A stretch of DNA of 63,061 bases, counting the filler, from Bipalium vagum (taxonomy: Eukaryota), in assembly GCA_037834085.1 (NCBI GenBank). It is 3 parts of 3 records of this genome, joined end to end, with 100 filler letters (N's around TTAATTAATTAA, not from the genome) between each part and the next. Parts side by side here need not be neighbours in the genome. Positions count along the whole stretch, not along the records: positions 1 to 22,239 come from JBBMKC010224780.1; positions 22,340 to 47,425 come from JBBMKC010197387.1; 1 more part is not named here. The stretch is one strand, 5' to 3'. A program made the position numbers and the translations under genes. A model generated the notes under the pieces. The model had not been told where the DNA came from and did not search any database. It worked only from the letters and a program-made list of their open reading frames with translations. Every line of letters starts with the position of its first letter. The first letter of the stretch is position 1. This document shows positions 13,940-26,148 of this stretch, piece after piece.

Positions 13940-14540
13940 GAACACAATAGATAATCATTGATAATTGACTATAATTGTTCATTTCCAAACAAGAAAAATG
14001 AAGTGTTCTTGAAAAGCATGATAACCTGTGACGAGAACTTGGTTATAAACGATAACTCTAGTCGCAAAAAAGATAAACACCTCTGATTACGACTGAACCA
14101 AATATTCATGGAAAAAAGTTAATGTTAACTGTTGAGTTGTCAACTAGGAGTATTATGCATTTCCAGTTGCTGCAACCTGTTGAAGAAATAACCAAGGATG
14201 TTTATTGTGTTTTTCCTTGGGAAAATGAAAGGTGAAATTGAAAAAAAGTAGCCAGCGTTGACAAACAGAATTTGAGTTATTGGTCATCATGATAATGCAC
14301 AACCGAATACATAAAAAATACAATGCAAAAGATTAACGACTTTTATCTCACCCTACTTGCAGTAAAATTGTCTTCTGACAACCCCCGTTGCGTACAATAA
14401 AACATTCCTTGGTGGAAAAAATTGTTCATTATGAAGGTATAAATATTGCCATCTTTCGTTTCCAAGCAAGTAATTTTTTATAGAGATGATATTTTGAAAT
14501 TATTTTGTAAATTGACTGAAGTTTTAGAAAACATTAGTAA
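13940..14540 (+). mobile_element. mariner (DD34D) transposase remnant
   Basis: MITCDE, NIHGKKLML, IMHFQLLQP, VIGHHDNAQPNT, SPYL; multiple stops. Confidence 0.75.
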
Positions 14541-14609
14541 CTAAGCACGTAAATTCAAGAATCTTGATCATTCACAATGCCATAGACAGTTTTTTAGCTT
14601 ATATTATTA

Positions 14610-14900
14610 AACTTGGTCAAGATTTTCAAACCAATCTACAGGAACCATTCTATGTTCATCGATTACCAGATGTGAGATCCAACTGAAAATTAATTTTCTT
14701 TCACCAAATTCTTCATATAGCATTTTTTGCAATGAGGTCATTGAAATACTCAAGTAAGACTTAATTTCACGATGTCACATGTCAATCTTTCTTGATTAGC
14801 TGACGCACATCATCAATATCTTCTTTGATGATTTGCACATAATTTCTTTACTCATTTGTAATATTAAGAAGGCCACGTCTGCATTTGCCATAGCAGGAAA
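14610..14900 (-). mobile_element. mariner transposase N-terminal/linker remnant
   Basis: Minus-strand EEFGERKLIFSWISHLVIDEH resembles the LGxRKLxxRWVPHxL linker. Confidence 0.45.
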
Positions 14901-16007
14901 TTGACATATTTTAACAAAATCTTGAATATTAATTACTTAAATATTGGTGTCAGCTTTAAATTCTAAAATTTTATTATCGGAAACTCCTACGCCACCATAT
15001 ATAGAACTTAAAGACAGCCTTCGTATTTAATTAATATACTTGTAACATTTCTGGTTTCAAGGTTTTAGTAAAAGATATTACTTATGTTCAATATTTAGGG
15101 TATCAAATTTAGGCCTGACTTCAAATCTTAGGTGGTGCAAATAAAAACAATCAATAAAGCAACACTTGTATTTATACCACACAAAAATACAAAATACACA
15201 GGACTACAAAAGATAAGTAAGAGTCTGGGATCACAACTAATGTCTGCAATGTTACACAACCCTTACACTATCTGATCAAAACACAACACACAAATATAAT
15301 TAAAGGTAATGTTCAATCAAATATAATAATGATCAAATATAGTCAAAATGAACGTTTAATCAAATAATATTTAATCAATATTAATAATCAAATGTTAACA
15401 AAATTTCGAAATTCCATTACAATAAAATATTACTTAGGAATCAATATAAATATTTACTTAGAATTAAAAAATATTAAGATAAAACAAAAAGGAAAAATCT
15501 TACAATTTAGTTTTTGTTAAAACTCCCGAGCTATCGTCTGAGCCCTAACGGTTGCTCACCAATAACTATCTGATGGGGAATTTTAAGCATAGCCAAGACA
15601 TCAAAATATTTGCTAACTGATGTTTTTACCTGGTGAATTGATAATATTTCTGCAAATCGATAATATTTCTGCTTTAATAAGACGCTGCAAATCTTAAGCT
15701 ATACGTTTTCTGAGGGGTGAAATTATGCTAGAATCGTTCTGCTTATATACTTTTTTGAAACTGATCTTCATCTGGAGATTATTCTTGAAATAATATCAAA
15801 ATTAATTTTAAATTCTCAAAATTTTATTAAAACTCTAGAATTCCCTAAAAATATATTTTCTGATGACCATTAATATTTGTAAATTCCATCTTTTGGACTT
15901 CTTTAAAAATAAAAATTACTTTTGGAGGGTTGTTTTATTTTCTAAGTATGTTCAAACTAAAAATATCTGTAAATTTTTAATTGCTTTTCAAATGCTAATT
16001 AATTTTA

Positions 16008-16074
<67 letters not shown>
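16008..16074. repeat. (TAT)n microsatellite
   Basis: About 22 perfect TAT/ATT units. Confidence 0.97.
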
Positions 16075-16076
<2 letters not shown>

Positions 16077-16869
16077 ATTTATACCCTTTTATGGTTTTTC
16101 TTAGTTATTTTTCCCGGGGGGTGTCTTGGGTAAACCTAAAACTTATATTTCGATATAATTTGAGTTGTTTTATGTTACTGCCAACATTAAAATAAATAAT
16201 TATAATATTTAAAGACAAAATTTCATATATTTATTCTCTTATTTGAAGGAGAATAATAAGCCCAATAAAATTAAAATAATAATACACAACGGAATAAATT
16301 CTATTCAGAAATATATTAATATAAAAAGACTCTCAAGACGATGAAGTTCATGTTATAACTGACTTTGTCTTTGATAAAAAGATGGAATGTTGTCATTGAT
16401 TGTCTTTAAAAATTGCAGAACAGCCAACCTGGTAAATATCAAACAAATTCAGTGACAGTATTTCTGTAACAAGAACAAAAGAAAATGAATATTTTTGAGG
16501 TGGGTTTTCAATTTTTTGAAAGAAATTTAATTCAATTAATTTGGTTTATCACAGACAATAATAAAATTTAAATAAATAATTTTTAAATTAAATTTTGGGT
16601 TATAAAATCATTTAATTTTTTACCTGTTTCCAATTCAAATACGTTATTAACTTAACAGCATCCTGTATTCGACATGATAATGTTGTGATTTTTGCATTAA
16701 AAACAGAGCTAGAATTGGGTCACAAGATAATTTAACAACGGTTATCTGCCTTATTAGTACTCTAATTATTGAATTGGCCATTGATACAGCCTTTGTTAGG
16801 TCAGTCATATTTTAAAGGCTACTTCTTTTAAATCGACTCTAATACTTGGATTCCTTTTTGAGTCATAAC

Positions 16870-18040
16870 TAGAGACCGATTTTTTTACGTGCTGCAAATG
16901 AATTCAAATAATTTGGCCTTCAGCAAAACGAAATGCCATAACCTAATTGCACCTAAAACGGATTTTTAATCATAGTTTGCATATAATTAAGAATTTTATT
17001 AAAAAAATTAATTAACCTGCTTAAATAATTTAAAATAATTGATTTTTCAAATTTAATTAATAATATGTCCACCACTTCTTACAAATTGGAAAAGCTTACT
17101 CAGCAATATCAGTCCGATAAAATAGTTAGCGATGGGATAATTTTAAAATGTCAATTATGCGACATTATTATTAAGGGTGACAGTAAGCACCAAAAATCTT
17201 TAATTCAACAGCATTTAAAAATTGCTTGTCACATAAACTTGGGCTTAAAATGCCACAATAGTTTGAAGCAATTATTCCTGAAAGAAACAGAATTATTTTT
17301 TAATGGAAAGTCGTCTAAAAAAATGAATTTACTTTAGATTTAACCAAGGTATTTGAGCAATTTGGAATTCCATTATTTAAAATCAATTCACTACCACTCA
17401 AGATTTTTTTGGGAAAACAGACCATGCATCATATTCCTGGCAAAAGTACACTCAGAAAGAATTATATCAAGTCTATTTATACCAGTACAATTCAGAAAAT
17501 AAAGAATGTTGTTCGTCAACACCAGTTTCTTCTATTAAAGATGAAACTACAGATATCAAACAACGTTATATTTTGAACATTTTGGTAATAACATTGAATG
17601 GAAAACCTGTTACGTGGATGTTATTAAAGGTAACTCAAATTTTTTATTTCTATTTTAATAACTGTATTTATAATTTACAGGTCTCTGAATTAGAAAAAAC
17701 GAACAATATGACGACCATGCAAAGTTTTAATGATGCTTGTGGTTTTCTGTGGGATGGAAAAATTGCATACAGAAAAGCATATTTTTTCCTTTAAACTGAA
17801 AGATTACAAATGTGTTTATTCTAGATGTGGCTTGTTGTCCCTTATCAGGCGTACTTATATGTTACTTGCTTTTAGAAAATTAAGACCCATGTATCAAAAT
17901 TTGAAGCATTTTACTTGCTTAACCTGCATTGTATTTGTGTATCTATACGTGACAAATATAGGATAAAAAATGAATTCCTGGGTTGTATGAAAAGGATTTT
18001 GCTAAAGCCACCCTTTCGTATTCAGATTTTCAATGAATAA
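16870..18040 (+). mobile_element. hAT-superfamily (CGGBP1-like) transposase pseudogene with two short spliceosomal introns
   Basis: BED-like finger LKCQLCD...IQQHLKIACH; GIPLFKIN; IPGKSTLRKNY; catalytic DETTD; ELEKTN; LKHFTCL; KRILLKPPFRIQIF. Putative left end TAGAGACCG at 16870. Introns at 17630-17680 and 17777-17824. Confidence 0.8.
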
Positions 18041-19894
18041 ACATACTGTTATACAATTATTAATAATTAATTTTTTATTAATTTTATATATAAATGTTAA
18101 TTAATATAAAATTATTTTTAAATTAATTATTGTTTATTAATTATTATCAATGAATTATTATTTATTATAATGAATTACTAATTATTAATTATTTTTACTT
18201 AATATAAGATATTTATTATTATTTTATTTAATTATTATTATTTATTAATATTAAATTTCTTTTAAGTTGAAAATTCTTTTCAGAAAAAATTTGTTTTTAA
18301 TATCTGGTGGTAAATTCACGTGCTCTTTCGAGATTTAATTATAAACAATTTTTTTGGTTAGGAATTATTTTTCTTCAAAAATAATCTGAAAAAGAAAGTA
18401 AATGTTTTAGCTTCAAAATAAATAAATTATTTTTGTTTAGTTTTTGAATATAAAGCACTGTGCAAACATTTGACCTTAATTCTTCATTTAAAAATAATGC
18501 TTTATTTATATTGATTTTGTTACCAATCTTTTTTATTTTAACATAATTATTTCGTTTATGATAAACTTTAATTTTTAATGTAAATTTATTCAACTTAATA
18601 TATAATTTATTATTTAGATTTAGATTATTTAAAAATGGTTGTGTACAACAATAAAACGGAAATAAGATATATGAGGTTTCTCCAGAAGAAATTGCAGAAA
18701 TAAAAACATTTATTAATAGGAAATACATTCGAAATATAAATAAAACCATATATTATATAAAAAGAAAGCAAAAAAGACATATTATGGAAAATATTTTGAA
18801 AAAGAATATTTTAAATTTTTTACAAATAATTGACTAAAGTAAACGAAATTGTAAACTTATGAAATCGTCATTAGTACACCTTTCTCAAAATCTTTCAGGA
18901 TAATTTTCGTAGTGAAAGTGGCCTATTTTGTATTCCACATCAAACAGATTGCAAAAAATAATTTCAACGTTTTCCTTACATTTATTGTCAACAGCTTGTG
19001 AATGAGAATGGGCTTTTACAGTCGAACTGTTGGGATTAAAATTATGAATTACTTTGTAAAATAATAGTATCACTTTCTAAATGATAATACTTTTCTCCGA
19101 ACTATATAAACATCCTATACAAGAAAAATTAGTTGTCATACAATGGAAAATAAAGAAGTATTGAAGCATGGATTCTCCATAATCAAATTATTTTAACATT
19201 TCTTTTGGAACTAAATTTCTGTAATTTTTATCTCTTAAGAATAAAAAAAATATGGAGAATATAATCAATTTAAATTAATTTAAGGAAAACGTTCACGACA
19301 AATAATTTTTTCATTAATATTTATTTCACCTTTTATTTTATTTATTAAGAACCAATGAATAAATAAGAAACTTTATCGAATTGAAAATTTGAGATTTTAG
19401 TCATGACTTGAAACTCACAAATTTTATTGTGCCATGGGTTGAAATTTCTTTGACAATCGGCAAATGTAAGGTGATCTTAAAGATTTCCAGAGGTTTTTCA
19501 GAAAATTATTTTTCTTATAGCAAATAAATTTTATTAAATCAAATATATTCCCTTTTGTTTGATAACCACTCTCCTTTTTCTTGTAAATCTGGTTAAACTG
19601 AGAAGTTGGACCACAGTAATAAAATTATATTTTTTATTTTACATTTGTAATATTATAAAATATTTTATAGTATCCAGATATTTTTATTAACCGAATGCAG
19701 TGATCTTTTAAATACTATTGATACCTCGAAACATAAAATCCAATGAATGTCAAATTTAAGGATTACTCTCAAAATTGGTAAACTGTCCGAACTGTGGAAT
19801 CTAATTTAAATGATGCTCTTTTTTTGAAATCCTTGACGCTATGTTCATCATGTGTAAATTCAAGTCTATTCGTCCAATATTTTCTTGATTATTG

Positions 19895-20120
19895 CTCAGA
19901 GTCCGCTCTACTGTCCCACAGACACAGAAAGCATGAGAATTTTGAATAGCCAATTTGAAGGCCTAAAAAAAGCAATGACTTTCAAATCGCCGCAGATCAG
20001 CCATTTATGTTCTTTGTACTTAATCAACGATAACATATTTTGTAAATTTGCATAATTTTCTTTTAGAGTAACTGAATACGCAATTGGAAGTGATGAAATT
20101 TTTTTGTCATGGAAGAGAAT
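19895..20120 (-). mobile_element. Chapaev3-like (CMC group) transposase fragment
   Basis: LFHDKKISSLPIAYSVTLKENYANLQNMLSLIKYKEHKWLICGDLKVIA, then frameshifted GLQIGYSKFSCFLCLWDS. Confidence 0.7.
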
Positions 20121-21539
20121 TATAATTAATGGAATTATAAAAATTGAAAGATGGTAAAGATATTCAGTTAATTTTATCAAATTTTGAATAATAAGGTTAT
20201 TAAAATAAAATTAAAAATATAATAATAAATACAACTAAAGACGTTATAAAATAAAAAAAATTAAGAAAGAATTTAAATCAATGAATAAGGGGTTCTTAAT
20301 ACATTCTAAAAATTATTAAGTTATATTAAAACAGTAATTGAAATGTTATAAAAGAATATCACTTTTAAAAGTAACAAAGCCTAAATTTTGACAAAAGTTT
20401 GCAAAAAGATTAACTTTTAAAATTGTTACGAGTTTCACACAAGAAAAAACTTTTGTGCAGAACAAATTTTCAAGATTTGTTAATATAATTTTTAGATTAT
20501 TATTAATAATTGGAGCTGAACTGATGAAAATCACATGCCACCAATTATACGAAAAAGGATACTGTGCAGAAATTAATTACTAAGGCGATGAAAATTTAGA
20601 GAAGTCCAGAACCAAATTTCCAAAGAAAACCAGAGCTTTTAATATCTCTAATAATCTAAACTCTTAAAAATTAATTAATGATAAAAAATTCTTTCAATAC
20701 CTTCCAATTAAAAATAGTTGCCGAAAGCACTTTCATAAATATAAATATTTTTTAACATGGCACAAATTTCTGTTACTGATATAACATGTCATAAAAGATC
20801 AGACTATAAAGAGAAATCTGAGAAAATTAATTAAAATTTGTTAATTTAGTATCACTTAGTATTACTTCGAGGTAAGTGAATTTTTCACGAAAAAATATTA
20901 GGTAGACAAGAAAGTAAATTCGTATTTTATATACTGAAATGTTTTAAAAAATTTCAGAAAGAATAAAATTATTTTATCCATTGAAATTTTCTTTTTTATC
21001 CAGATATTGCCACAACCAGTGAAAAACTGATTGACAATGCCTGAGCTATAGGTTGGATATGGTAGAATATCTCAGTTTTTCTAATCTCCCATTGGTAGTC
21101 AATGAGGAATAATATCGAGAATTATTGTGTTACAGAATATTACTTTTCCTGTTAACTAGTACTGAATGAGTGTCTGAATTTTTGATTCAAACAGGACAGC
21201 TGAGAGCACATTAGTGATATTGTTTCACATTTATGAGGTATCTCATAATAATTGAACTTCGTTTTACTCACAAGATACTCAACATTCGATTTTTATCATG
21301 CATATAAAAATACAACTTTCTTGACAACATCCATATAATTTAGACTTAGATTTTACAACGTTAACTGTTAGTAATACTTTCTTTTTCATATTTGTATGGT
21401 TAATCAATTATTTTTACATTTTAATAGTGCCAATAAGTAAAAAGAATTTGTTTTTTGAATAAAAAGACTAGTATTTGATTTATGAATAAAGTATTTATTT
21501 CAAACTAAAGTACACAGATTACCATTAATTATGGAACTT

Positions 21540-21770
21540 AACTTCATTCATATATCCACCTAGAGCATGTTTACAAATATCTATTCGTTGACTCCAATTT
21601 TCATTACTCTTACACAAATCAAACGAAATTCCAGCAATAGCGTGTTCCATACAGAGAACTTCCAAAATTTCTGGCTTGTTGTTATAGACCAATGATTTGG
21701 CATATATACAAAGTAAAATGTGAAGGGGTGTAAAATATTACAAAAGAAGTGGTCAAATTACAGGTACCCG
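21540..21770 (-). mobile_element. Tc1-superfamily transposase C-terminal remnant (SPDLTPLDFFLWGY-type)
   Basis: Minus-strand FTPLHILLCIYAKSLVYNNKPEILE...WSQRIDICKHALGGY. Confidence 0.55.
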
Positions 21771-21889
21771 TTGCTATAAAAAGTGGCATTTTTAAAAATA
21801 AAAATTACTCTAAGATAATGAAATTTATTATAATTTTTTTTGTGTTTTATTAAAGACATTCACAGAATAAATACTATAAAGTTTAATAT

Positions 21890-22130
21890 TTTGTCTTTTC
21901 TTTCAAAGCAGTACAACTTTGAATTCTTCGGGCATGGATAGAATTAATGTTTTCAAGCATTTCAGTGAGAGTCCATCCCAACAATTCTCTCCAAATCAAT
22001 AATATTTTTTTGACTTTGTCGTTCGACTTCTCTTTTGACAAGTCCCCAAACATTTTCACTTGGGTCTAGGTTTGGAGAGTTTACTAGCCACGGAGTAACA
22101 GTTATATTATTTGCAGCTTACCAATAATTC
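21890..22130 (-). mobile_element. Tc1 transposase C-terminal remnant
   Basis: Minus-strand PWLVNSPNLDPSENVWGLVKRE and frameshifted SMP.RI. Confidence 0.7.
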
Positions 22131-22160
22131 TTGATCAAAAAGCGATGGAAGACTCCCAGA

Positions 22161-22163
<3 letters not shown>

Positions 22164-22199
<36 letters not shown>
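22164..22199. repeat. (AT)n microsatellite
   Basis: About 18 AT units. Confidence 0.95.
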
Positions 22200-22201
<2 letters not shown>

Positions 22202-22239
22202 AGGTTGAGTCAAAAGTTATTAGCGTTTTTTTAATAAAT

Positions 22240-22339
22240 NNNNNNNNNNNNNNNNNNNNNNNNNNNNNNNNNNNNNNNNNNNNTTAATTAATTAANNNNN
22301 NNNNNNNNNNNNNNNNNNNNNNNNNNNNNNNNNNNNNNN
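22240..22339. other. Assembly gap with artificial linker (44 N + TTAATTAATTAA + 44 N)
   Basis: Exactly 100 bp; identical structure recurs at 47426-47525. Confidence 0.95.

Positions 22340-22410
<71 letters not shown>
22340..22410. repeat. (TAT)n microsatellite abutting the gap
   Basis: Perfect TAT array. Confidence 0.95.
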
Positions 22411-22414
<4 letters not shown>

Positions 22415-22654
22415 TAGATTTATGAGAGAAAAATTTTAAAGTAACATTAAGTTACTAAAAATACAAATGGTAAAATTGGAAAGAAAGCAGGCAAAGCAAA
22501 TTAATTAAGGAAAAAGACAATTACTTAAAATAAAAAGAAGGAAAAAATAATCGTATCGAACACACTCTATTGCAACCTTCAACCGTTGAGACCTAAGCCA
22601 AAACTTAAGCTCCGTATTTTAACATCAATTTAACCACCCTCTTAGGATCTTAAC

Positions 22655-23154
22655 AGTTTTGTAAAATTAATTTCATTATCAATTTTAAATAACTCAAAAG
22701 AAACTTTATTTATTGTTAAAATATTTTTTTCAATTGATGGTTTTATTGTTAATGGTAATTCTTGATGATTACGAAAATACTTTTCAAAATTAATATCTTC
22801 ATGTTGTGGAGGTTGATCAATCTTTTTATTGAAAAGATTATCATTTGTTTCATCCTTAATTTTAGCTTCGATCCTTATTTGTTCTCCAATTTCTTCTGTT
22901 ATAACAGAAGTATTTTTATCTAGCTTTTCTTTGTCCCGTTGTTCTTTTTCGTGTTGTAAAATTTTTGTTTATTGTTTAGATTTATTAACTGCATCGGTAA
23001 CAGGTTTATGAAAAATTTTTAAATCTTGTTGAAGTCCTCTTTCTTTTTTCCATTGATTTAATTGATTAGTTTCAAATTTATATTTTACTTCTTGTAATTT
23101 TTTTAATTTTTCTATTCTTTTTTTAAGATCGATTGAATTTTGATTTGTATTCAT
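22655..23154 (-). pseudogene. Maverick-associated coiled-coil protein, truncated
   Basis: MNTNQNSIDLKKRIEKLKKLQEVK...DLKIFHKPVTDAV; frame continues ~100 codons past one premature stop to about 22655. An FxKP(V/I) motif after an N-terminal coiled coil is common in Polinton accessory ORFs. Confidence 0.5.
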
Positions 23155-23392
23155 TTCGATTTTGTGAAAAAAAAGTAGCACCATAAGTGTGTTTTTAAAA
23201 TAAAAAATTAAAATAATTATTTTCATGGAAATTCATAATATTCAATTTCCAAAAAATCATAAATATCTTAAAGCGATTGAATATTAATATTTTTTAAAAT
23301 AGGAAAAATTTCTAATAAATATAAAATTTTTTTTAATTCAAAAATTTTACCATTATATAAAGCATTCATTTTTTTTAAAAAAATTAATTTTT

Positions 23393-24039
23393 ATAAACTT
23401 TTAACTTTTTTTAGATACTCTTTTTTCACTTCTATTTTCAACTCTTTCTTAGTTTCATTTTTAACGTTTTCAATAACATTTCCATTTTTATTTTTATAAT
23501 ATTTTCTCTAAATTCTTGAATTATGTTTCTTGCTTGTTCAATTTCTTCATTAGTAATAATTTTATCTTCTGTAGCTCTAAGTTGAAAAATATAAAGTTTA
23601 TTAATTGAACTTTCTTTAGACTCACAAATTTCTATAAAATTTTTTTGGTTTTGAAGTAATATCTTTTGAAATAGTTTCAGAAATAAATTAATTTACAGCT
23701 CCAAAATTGCAGTACCAATAGGAATATAAAATATTAATCCAACTCCGAAAGATGAAATTCCTGTCATTACTGCTGTTCCAACTCCAACAATACCTGTTAT
23801 ACAATTACTTCTAATTTTAAATGAAAATCTATTTTAGTATACTTAAATTTTAATTTTTTATGTGTTAATAAATCTTTTAAAACTTTTTTTTCATTCATAT
23901 AATTTTCAATTTTTAATTTTTCTAATTGATCAATAATTGGATTAGAAAATCTATCAGATTCAAATTTTTCATCTTCATAAATAAATTTATTTTCTAAATT
24001 TGGATACATTTTTTCAAAAGGTGCACTTGGTTTTTCCAT
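23393..24039 (-). pseudogene. Maverick membrane protein with N-terminal PSAP and YPxL motifs and Gly-rich hydrophobic hairpin
   Basis: MEKPSAPFEKMYPNL...; after frameshift ITGIVGVGTAVMTGISSFGVGLIFYIPIGTAIL(G)AV; then RATEDKIITNEEIEQARNIIQEF. Confidence 0.65.
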
Positions 24040-24684
24040 TTTTTAAAAAAGATTTAGAATTTTACATCATACCGTATATTAGAATAAAATTGTTTCATAA
24101 AAATTTCAATTTCTTTTAATTCATTATTTTGTAAATATCTTTGAAAAACTATAATCTCATAAATTTTTATATCTTCTGAATTAATTTTAAATGAAAAAAA
24201 TAGTTTTTCCACCTTCAGTGAAGCTAAGCATATTACAAATGGATTCAAATTTATTTTCTGAATTATAAAAAAAATAAAATTTCTTTGTTTTATCAGACCT
24301 GATCAATCCTTTAAAACTTTTAACTAACTATTTTCTAAAGGTTTTCCATTCATCATAAAAAACTCCTATTATTGTAAATTCATCTTTCAACATTTTGCAG
24401 CAGATTTATTAATTTTAATTAGATTTTCTTCCATTCTCCATTTCAAGATATTGAAATGATTTTTCTTTTGTTTGAAAAATTCTTTTACATTTCGAAGTTA
24501 CTGCATTTTTTCTTCAATTGCAGAATCTTAAAAATTTGTATTAGTTTTTTAAAAAAGAATATAAACAAAAATTACTATTTTGAAAAATAGATTTTGGTGG
24601 ATTTTCTTGATTCATTTTTAAATTTTAAATTTAGATATTTTTAATTCAGTATTAAAACAAAAAACATATTATTATATATTTATT

Positions 24685-26148
24685 TTACATTAAGCTTCTT
24701 TGAAGTTCATTTTCATAAAATCTACATAACTTTTTTCTCCTTTTAAAATCTCTAATTCCATAAACAATTGGAGTTGTAAAATAAATTTCATTAATAAAAA
24801 ATATTTCATTTGTCCATTTTGCTGTATATCCTTTTTCAAATTTATTTTTACATTTAAAAATTCTTACTTTATCTCCAATATGATATTTTGGTTTTGAGGA
24901 TAATTGAGAAATGGAAGAGGTTTTATCAGTTAGATCATTCTTTAACTTTTCAGGATTAACCATAGGTTCAGCCAACTTTGTTGGACTGGTTGAAGACCTT
25001 GACAGCTGTGCTGGATCTTTAGATGCTTCAGTTGGTGTTATTCCAATTGAACTGTGAATTTTATTATTATAAAAACTAATTAAATTTGGTAAAAGATGTA
25101 ACCATTTTCTATTTACCTGTTTCGTAAATTTTTTAAACATCAAATTTTTTAGAGCTCTATTAAATCTGTCAATGAAAACAAGCATTTGTAATTGATTGAC
25201 CTTTTTTATTTTTTAAAGGAACAGCAAAACAAAACGAGTATATAAATCAATAACTGTTAGAATTATTTTATAATCTTTTTCTCCAGGAGCAAATGTAAGA
25301 CCTGCAGACCAAATATTATACCTATAATTAACTCTAACTTTTAGGAAATTTTTAGTTTTTCTAAATTCTTTATGAAGTTCATTTGCAAGTATTTTTGATT
25401 TTTCAGGAGTAAGAATTTTTGTTTTTTCATAGATTTTTACATTTGCGAGAGTCTTTGTAGATCTTTCTAATCCTAATCCTAAAGCTATCTTTCCTTTCAT
25501 AATTAATTTTACAATTGCTCTTTCAAGTTTTTCTCTTGGAGTTGAATTTTGAATATTATTCATTTTATGAATCATATCTACGTCTGCAACATGTCTATCT
25601 TTTAAATCTGTTGACATTTATTTTACATCATGTTTCATTGCTGCTTGATCAACTCGATTTATTAAAATTGAATCAGGTTTTGGAATTGGGAAATTGATAA
25701 ATCTCGATTTTCTACTATTTCATTATAGTTTTCTAAACGTTTATTAACACGGGTTCCAGGTCCAGTAAAATTGTGGATTTGTTTTGTTTAAAGGATTTAA
25801 AGATTTTAAATGTAATTCTCCTGAATATTTTCCAGTTGTAAATTTGTTAAGGAATTTATTATTTGTAATTTGTGATTGAATATCTCCTCCTGTTTTTATA
25901 AAAATCGATGGATATTTTTCTTGAATTTTTTGAATATTTAGATTTTTATTTTTAGTCGTTGATAAAGTTTTTTCAGTCGTTGTTTTTTTATTGATGTTAT
26001 TGTTATTTTTAATCGTTTTTTTTTCGTTGAAAGCGTTGTTTTTTCTTTGAAATAAATTTTTTTAATGTATTTTTGTATCTTTATGATGACTTTTATTTTT
26101 TTTATTAATAGATTTATCACAAATTTCACAATACCATTTTTCAACCAT
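24685..26148 (-). pseudogene. C2H2 zinc finger - PLA2-like domain - Polinton integrase fusion, pseudogenised
   Basis: MVEKWYCEICDKSINKKNKSHHKDTKIH; GGDIQ..GELHL; HNFTGPGT; NRVDQAAMKHDVK*; RHVAD; KIALGLG in the same open frame as LANELHK..IWSAGL..ILTVIDLYTRF; then IDRFNRALK, YNNKIHSSIGITP, PKYHIGDKVRI, FEKGYTAKWTNEIF, FYENELQ. Confidence 0.85.

Noticed and set aside
15863-16075. ORF with poly-tyrosine tail
   Set aside because: Translation of a (TAT)n microsatellite; likewise the Y/N-rich ORF at 58448-58651
18375-18749. 124-aa ORF
   Set aside because: Low-complexity AT-driven composition (F/I/K/N/L), no motif or splice support
22412-22655. TGTTAG...TTAACA segment truncating the Maverick ORF, possible solo LTR
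   Set aside because: No TSD, and the left end abuts a microsatellite and gap
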